Below, one piece after another: positions 59,772 through 64,000 of a stretch of 64,000 nucleotides of DNA. Position numbers and translations under genes: made by a program. Origin of the DNA: an uncultured Bacillota bacterium (GTDB lineage Bacteria > Sysuimicrobiota > Sysuimicrobiia > Sysuimicrobiales > Segetimicrobiaceae). The stretch spans positions 512,001-576,000 of the forward strand of contig CAWDRG010000009.1 in assembly GCA_963804645.1 (NCBI GenBank), in the 5' to 3' direction. Position 1 is the first letter of the stretch. The number at the start of each line of letters is the position of its first letter. The notes under the pieces were generated by a model, which did no database searches, was not told where the DNA came from, and worked only from the letters and a program-made list of their open reading frames with translations.

Positions 59772-61042
59772 GCGACTACCTCGCGGTTGCCGGCGTGAGC
59801 GCGGTCCTCAAATGGATGCTGAGCAATGCCCTGACCTCGGGCGGCCCGAGTACGGTGCTGACGGGGGCGACCAGCATCACCGCGCTGTCACCCGACCTGG
59901 TGTCGACCGGACCGGAAGAGCAGCCGCAACTCAACCTCTTCATGTACTACGCGAGCCTGAACGCGGCCTATCGCAATTCCGCGCTGCCGTCTCGCGACTC
60001 ACAGGGGCGTCGCGTGAGTAACCCCCCGCTCGCCCTGGACCTGCACTATCTCATCAGTGCGTACGGCAAGAACGAGTTTGACGCGGAGATCATCCTGTCG
60101 TGGGCGATGCAGATGTTCCATGACAATCCGGTGCTGTCGCGGCAGACGATCGAAAGCTCGCTCGAGGCGATGGCTTCGGGCGGGTCGCCGACGCCGGAGG
60201 TCCTGCTGCTGACCGGCACGACGCTCGCGGACCAGTTCGAGATCATCAAGATCACGCCCGAGGCGCTGTCGAACGACGAGATCTCCAAGCTGTGGATGGC
60301 GTTCGAGACGCACTACCGGCCGACCACGTCGTACCAGGTCTCGGTGGTGCTGATCCAGGACACGGCGTCGTTCAAGTCCAACCTGCCGGTGCAGTCGCGG
60401 AACATCGCCGTGCTGCCGTGGCAGAGCCCGATCATCACCGGCGTCTCCCCGAGCGTGATCGGCACGGGCGAACAGCTGACGATCGTCGGGCGGAACTTCA
60501 TCGGGGACGCCGCGAGCGACACGCTGATCGCCTTCGGTCAGAATCCCCCGGTGGTGCCCGACACGGTGCAGAACGCGTGCATCCGCATCACGATCCCGGC
60601 CAGTCTGGAGCCGGGCGTGCAGACGCTGCGGGTCGTCCGGAACGTGCGGTTCGGCGTCTCCACCGATCCGCACCCGGGCTTCTCGTCCGGGATGACGGCG
60701 TTTTCGCTGGCGCCCACGGTCACGACCCCGCCGCCGATCACCGCCGCGGTCGGGACGACGGTCACGCTGGGCGTGTCGCCGGCGGTGGGCCGCACCCAGC
60801 AGGCCGTGCTGCTTGTGGGCGACAATGCGATCGAGATCGACGCCCGGCCGCCGAGCGACCCGGACACGTCCACGACCCTGAGCTTCCCGATCCCGGCCGA
60901 TTTTCCGTATTCCACCCCGGCGGTCGCGCTGCCGATGCGCCTGCAGATCGACGGCGCGGAGAGCCGGCTGGCGCTGGATCAAACGCCCGGCAGTCCAACG
61001 TTCGGGCAGTTCCTTCCACAGATGACCGTGACGGGACCATGA
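59768..61042 (+). CDS. DUF4255 / Pvc16-like (tail terminator/cap-type) protein with C-terminal IPT/TIG-like domains
   Basis: MSDYLAVAGVS, QLNLFMY, NAAYRN, PPLALDLHYLISAYG, YRPTTSYQVSVVLI; then PIITGVSP..G.QLTIVGRNF. Confidence 0.82.
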   Translation: MSDYLAVAGVSAVLKWMLSNALTSGGPSTVLTGATSITALSPDLVSTGPEEQPQLNLFMYYASLNAAYRNSALPSRDSQGRRVSNPPLALDLHYLISAYGKNEFDAEIILSWAMQMFHDNPVLSRQTIESSLEAMASGGSPTPEVLLLTGTTLADQFEIIKITPEALSNDEISKLWMAFETHYRPTTSYQVSVVLIQDTASFKSNLPVQSRNIAVLPWQSPIITGVSPSVIGTGEQLTIVGRNFIGDAASDTLIAFGQNPPVVPDTVQNACIRITIPASLEPGVQTLRVVRNVRFGVSTDPHPGFSSGMTAFSLAPTVTTPPPITAAVGTTVTLGVSPAVGRTQQAVLLVGDNAIEIDARPPSDPDTSTTLSFPIPADFPYSTPAVALPMRLQIDGAESRLALDQTPGSPTFGQFLPQMTVTGP

Positions 61043-63000
61043 CCATCACCTGGCAGGACAGGAATCACCGCCGCCTGATCCGGGCGCTGGATCGCGTGTA
61101 CGCGACGATCACGCGGAGCACCGAGCCGGGCGCGAGCGCGCCGCCGCCCCGGCGGCGGGCGCGCCAGCCGGCGAGCGCCGTGGCCGAGGCGCCGACGGCG
61201 CTCGAGCGCCTCAGCGGGGTGTTCGGCCTGACGCCGTTCGAGCAGGACGTGCTGCTCTTGTGCGCCGGCATCGAACTGCAGGCACGGTTCGCCGGCGCGT
61301 GCGCCGCGGCCCAGCAGGACGCGCGCCTGACGTGGCCCACGTTCAGCCTGGCGCTCGCCGCGATGCGCGGGGCGCACTGGAGCGCGATCAGCCGCGACCG
61401 CCCGCTCCGGTACTGGCGTCTCATCGAGGTGGGGCTCGGGGACAGCCTGCTGCGGAGCCCGCTGCGAATCGACGAGCGAATCCTGCACTATCTCGCCGGC
61501 GTGCCGTGCGCGGACGAGCGCCTCGAAGTCGTCGCGCAGGCGAGTCCGCCGCCCGCCGTCCCGCTGTCCGGGTCGCACGGCCGGAGCGCGCACGCGGCGG
61601 GACGATACTGGACCCGCGCCGCGGACGGCGCCCGCGATCTCAAGCCGGTACTCCTGATCGGGCGCCGCAGCACCGATCAGGCGGCGGTCGCGCACGACGC
61701 GTGCCGCTTGGTCGGCATTCACGCGTTCGTGATGCACGCGTCCGACGTCCCGGCCCAGGCGGTCGAGCGCGAGCAGCTCGCGCGTCTTTGGAACCGGGAG
61801 GCGCTCCTCATCGGTGCGGGTCTCTACATCCAGACCGGCGGGGTCGAGGCGGCGGATGGACACCGGGCGCTGGGCACGTTCCTGGAGCATGTCCGGACGC
61901 CGGTCGCGGTGGAGGTGCGCGAGGGATCGCCGCTCGAGCAGCTCGACGGCTTCCGCGTGCACATTCCGGCGATCGCGCGCGCGGAGCGCCGGGTGATGTG
62001 GGTCGAGGGGCTCGGCCCGCTGGCTGAGCAGCTCGATGGGGCGCTTGACCGGATCGTCGATCATTTCCAGTTCGACGCCGCGTCGATCCAGCTCGCCAGC
62101 GCCGTGGCTAAGGACGCGGCGGCGGTGCCGGGCGCCGGGGATCCGACGCGGCTCACGTGGGAGGTGTGCCGCGCGCACGCGCGGCGGTCGCTCGAGAGTC
62201 TCGCGGTGCGGGTCGAGCCGCGGGCGGCGTGGGCGGACTTGATCCTGCCGGAGCTCCAGATCGAGACCCTGCGCCAGCTGGTTGCGCAGGTCCGTCAGCG
62301 GTTCGTCGTGCATCATGCGTGGGGGTTTGCCAGCCGGTACGGCCGGGGGCTCGGCGTGACGGCGCTGTTCGCCGGCCCGAGCGGGACCGGCAAGACCATG
62401 GCGGCCGAGGTCCTCGCCGCCGCGCTCGAGATGGACCTGTTCCAGATCGACCTGGCGTCGGTCGTCAGCAAATACATCGGCGAGACGGAGAAGAACCTGC
62501 GGCGGGTGTTCGACGCGGCGGAGGAGAGCGGCGCGGTGCTCTTGTTCGACGAGGCGGACGCGCTCTTCGGCAAGCGCAGCGAGGTTCGCGACAGCCACGA
62601 CCGCTACGCGAACCTCGAGATCAGCTATCTCCTCCAGCGTATGGAATCGTACAACGGCCTTGCCGTGCTGACGACCAACATGCGGCACGCGCTGGACACC
62701 GCGTTTCTCCGCCGGATCCGGTTCATCGTGCAGTTCCCGTTCCCCGACGCGCCGCAGCGCCAGCGCATCTGGGAACGGGTGTTCCCGAGCGAGACGCCGA
62801 TCCGCGCCCTCGACTACGCCCGACTGGCGCAGCTCAACGTGCCGGGCGGGATTATTCGCAATATCGCGACGCACGCGGCGTTTCTCGCCGCCGACGCGGG
62901 CGTGGCGGTGGACATGGCCCACCTGCTGCGCGCCTCCAAGGTCGAGTACGCGAAGCTCGACAAGCCGCTCACGACGGCGGAGCTCGGGGGCTGGACATGA
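61039..63000 (+). CDS. eCIS AAA+ ATPase (Afp15/Pvc15-like)
   Basis: ATGA overlap; N-terminal FGLTPFEQDVLLLC..E; Walker A GPSGTGKT, VVSKYIGETEKNL, Walker B LLFDEAD, DSHDRYAN.E.SYLLQRME. Confidence 0.92.
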   Translation: MTITWQDRNHRRLIRALDRVYATITRSTEPGASAPPPRRRARQPASAVAEAPTALERLSGVFGLTPFEQDVLLLCAGIELQARFAGACAAAQQDARLTWPTFSLALAAMRGAHWSAISRDRPLRYWRLIEVGLGDSLLRSPLRIDERILHYLAGVPCADERLEVVAQASPPPAVPLSGSHGRSAHAAGRYWTRAADGARDLKPVLLIGRRSTDQAAVAHDACRLVGIHAFVMHASDVPAQAVEREQLARLWNREALLIGAGLYIQTGGVEAADGHRALGTFLEHVRTPVAVEVREGSPLEQLDGFRVHIPAIARAERRVMWVEGLGPLAEQLDGALDRIVDHFQFDAASIQLASAVAKDAAAVPGAGDPTRLTWEVCRAHARRSLESLAVRVEPRAAWADLILPELQIETLRQLVAQVRQRFVVHHAWGFASRYGRGLGVTALFAGPSGTGKTMAAEVLAAALEMDLFQIDLASVVSKYIGETEKNLRRVFDAAEESGAVLLFDEADALFGKRSEVRDSHDRYANLEISYLLQRMESYNGLAVLTTNMRHALDTAFLRRIRFIVQFPFPDAPQRQRIWERVFPSETPIRALDYARLAQLNVPGGIIRNIATHAAFLAADAGVAVDMAHLLRASKVEYAKLDKPLTTAELGGWT

Positions 63001-63344
63001 TCCGGCGTCCGCCGTCGCCGCCGGACGGGGCTGCGCGCCCGCGTGCGTCGGCACCGGTCCGCCGCGGGGGACACGCCCGGCAGGCTCCGTCCAACACGGC
63101 GCTCCGGTTGCGCATCGGACGTCTCGTGCTCGACGGCATGTCGCGCGCCGACGAGCGACGCGTCACCGCGGCGATGGCGTCCCACCTGGCGGCCCTCATC
63201 GATCGCACGCCCGGGCTCGACTGGTCCCGGGTGCCGAGCCTCGGCCGCCTCGACGGCGGCACGGTGTCGTCGCGGGCCACGCCCGACGAGATCGGCCAAC
63301 ATCTGGCGACACGGATTTTCGGGGGGTTGATGCGCGATGTCTGA
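62997..63344 (+). CDS. small eCIS-associated hypothetical protein
   Basis: ATGA overlap with the ATPase; LRIGRLVLDG...IGQHLATRIF. Confidence 0.65.
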   Translation: MIRRPPSPPDGAARPRASAPVRRGGHARQAPSNTALRLRIGRLVLDGMSRADERRVTAAMASHLAALIDRTPGLDWSRVPSLGRLDGGTVSSRATPDEIGQHLATRIFGGLMRDV

Positions 63345-63942
63345 CATTTCACCCCGGCTTCAGAAGGGGGCAATCATCTCGCTCGACCCGAACACCGGGA
63401 TCCCCCTCGGGACGATCTCGCTGCAGTACAACCCGGACTCGATCACGCGCTCGCTCAGGCCGCAGAGCATCGGCGACGAGCCTGACCGGACGGAGATCCT
63501 CCGCCTCAAAGGGCCGCCGATCGAGACGATCAAGTGCACCGTCGAGATCGACGCGACCGACCAGCTCGCGGCCGGCGACGCGAACACGATGAACTTCGGC
63601 ATCCAGCCCCAGCTGGCGAAGCTCGAGCTGCTCGTGTATCCGTCGAGCCTCGATCTGATTGCGAACGAGGTGCTGTCGCTGATCGGCACGATCGAGATCC
63701 TGCCGATGGAGTCGGAGCTGACGCTGTTTGCGTGGAGCAAGACGCGGATCACGCCCGTGCGGATCACCGATCTGGAGGTGACGGAAGAGGCGTTCGATCC
63801 CCAGCTCAACCCGATTCGCGCCAAGGTCTCGCTCGGCATGCGGGTGCTGAACGTCAACGACGTCGGGTTCCTGACCCCCGCGGGAGCGCTCTACATGGTC
63901 TACCAGATCGAGAAGGAAGCGCTGGCCCTGCTGTTCGGCTGA
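63337..63942 (+). CDS. eCIS tube-like/tube-initiator protein
   Basis: QYNPDSITRSL, EIDATDQL, LFAWS..RI.PVRIT...VTEEAFD..LNPIRAKVSL. Confidence 0.75.
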   Translation: MSDISPRLQKGAIISLDPNTGIPLGTISLQYNPDSITRSLRPQSIGDEPDRTEILRLKGPPIETIKCTVEIDATDQLAAGDANTMNFGIQPQLAKLELLVYPSSLDLIANEVLSLIGTIEILPMESELTLFAWSKTRITPVRITDLEVTEEAFDPQLNPIRAKVSLGMRVLNVNDVGFLTPAGALYMVYQIEKEALALLFG

Positions 63943-63955
63943 GGGAGGGACGGGT

Positions 63956-64000
63956 ATGGATCGCGCGCTCGCAACGTTGGTCAAGGCCGCCGCGGGCACC
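63956..64000 (+). CDS. start of the next eCIS gene (truncated by the window end)
   Basis: GGGAGG RBS then ATG; MDRALATLVKAAAGT... Confidence 0.55.
   Translation, partial: MDRALATLVKAAAGT

Noticed and set aside
55419..64000. Prophage or T6SS interpretation of the tail genes
   Set aside because: No head, packaging, lysis or integration genes upstream; single gp18-like sheath rather than TssB/TssC; Pvc15/Pvc16-like genes favour eCIS (the downstream part is unseen)

Overview
High-GC bacterial chromosomal segment. I found no rRNA, tRNA, CRISPR array, integrase or transposase. (1) 0-5.3 kb: accessory patch with three secreted proteins (two-domain cupredoxin, 6-repeat HAF-like propeller, 7-repeat Trp-rich propeller), a 109-bp MITE-like element and a truncated methyltransferase. 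(2) 5.3-19.2 kb: divergent catabolic locus (CUT1 sugar ABC + SDR | Gfo/Idh/MocA, HyuB-HyuA, FAD amine oxidase, second HyuB, amidohydrolase) whose family content parallels sugar-amino-acid conjugate (opine/Amadori) catabolism. (3) 19.3-30.6 kb: Zn-finger + trypsin-like pseudoprotease pair, a second sugar ABC/epimerase/M24 operon with a frameshifted SBP, and a partly decayed insert. (4) 31-54 kb: ggt + sugar ABC, a Liv-type ABC-metE-like-pcaCHGB-pobA aromatic operon and assorted hydrolases. (5) 54.2-64 kb: first part of an extracellular contractile injection system (eCIS; sheath, tube, DUF4255/Pvc16-like, AAA ATPase and accessory genes), running off the window end. It is headed by a SARP/BTAD activator gene and a six-unit, 11-bp-period TCAGC direct-repeat array just upstream of a TATGAT -10 box. 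This putative SARP-controlled eCIS, whose sheath carries a tail-fibre-like insertion, is the most notable system. All family assignments are by eye from motifs; no searches were run.
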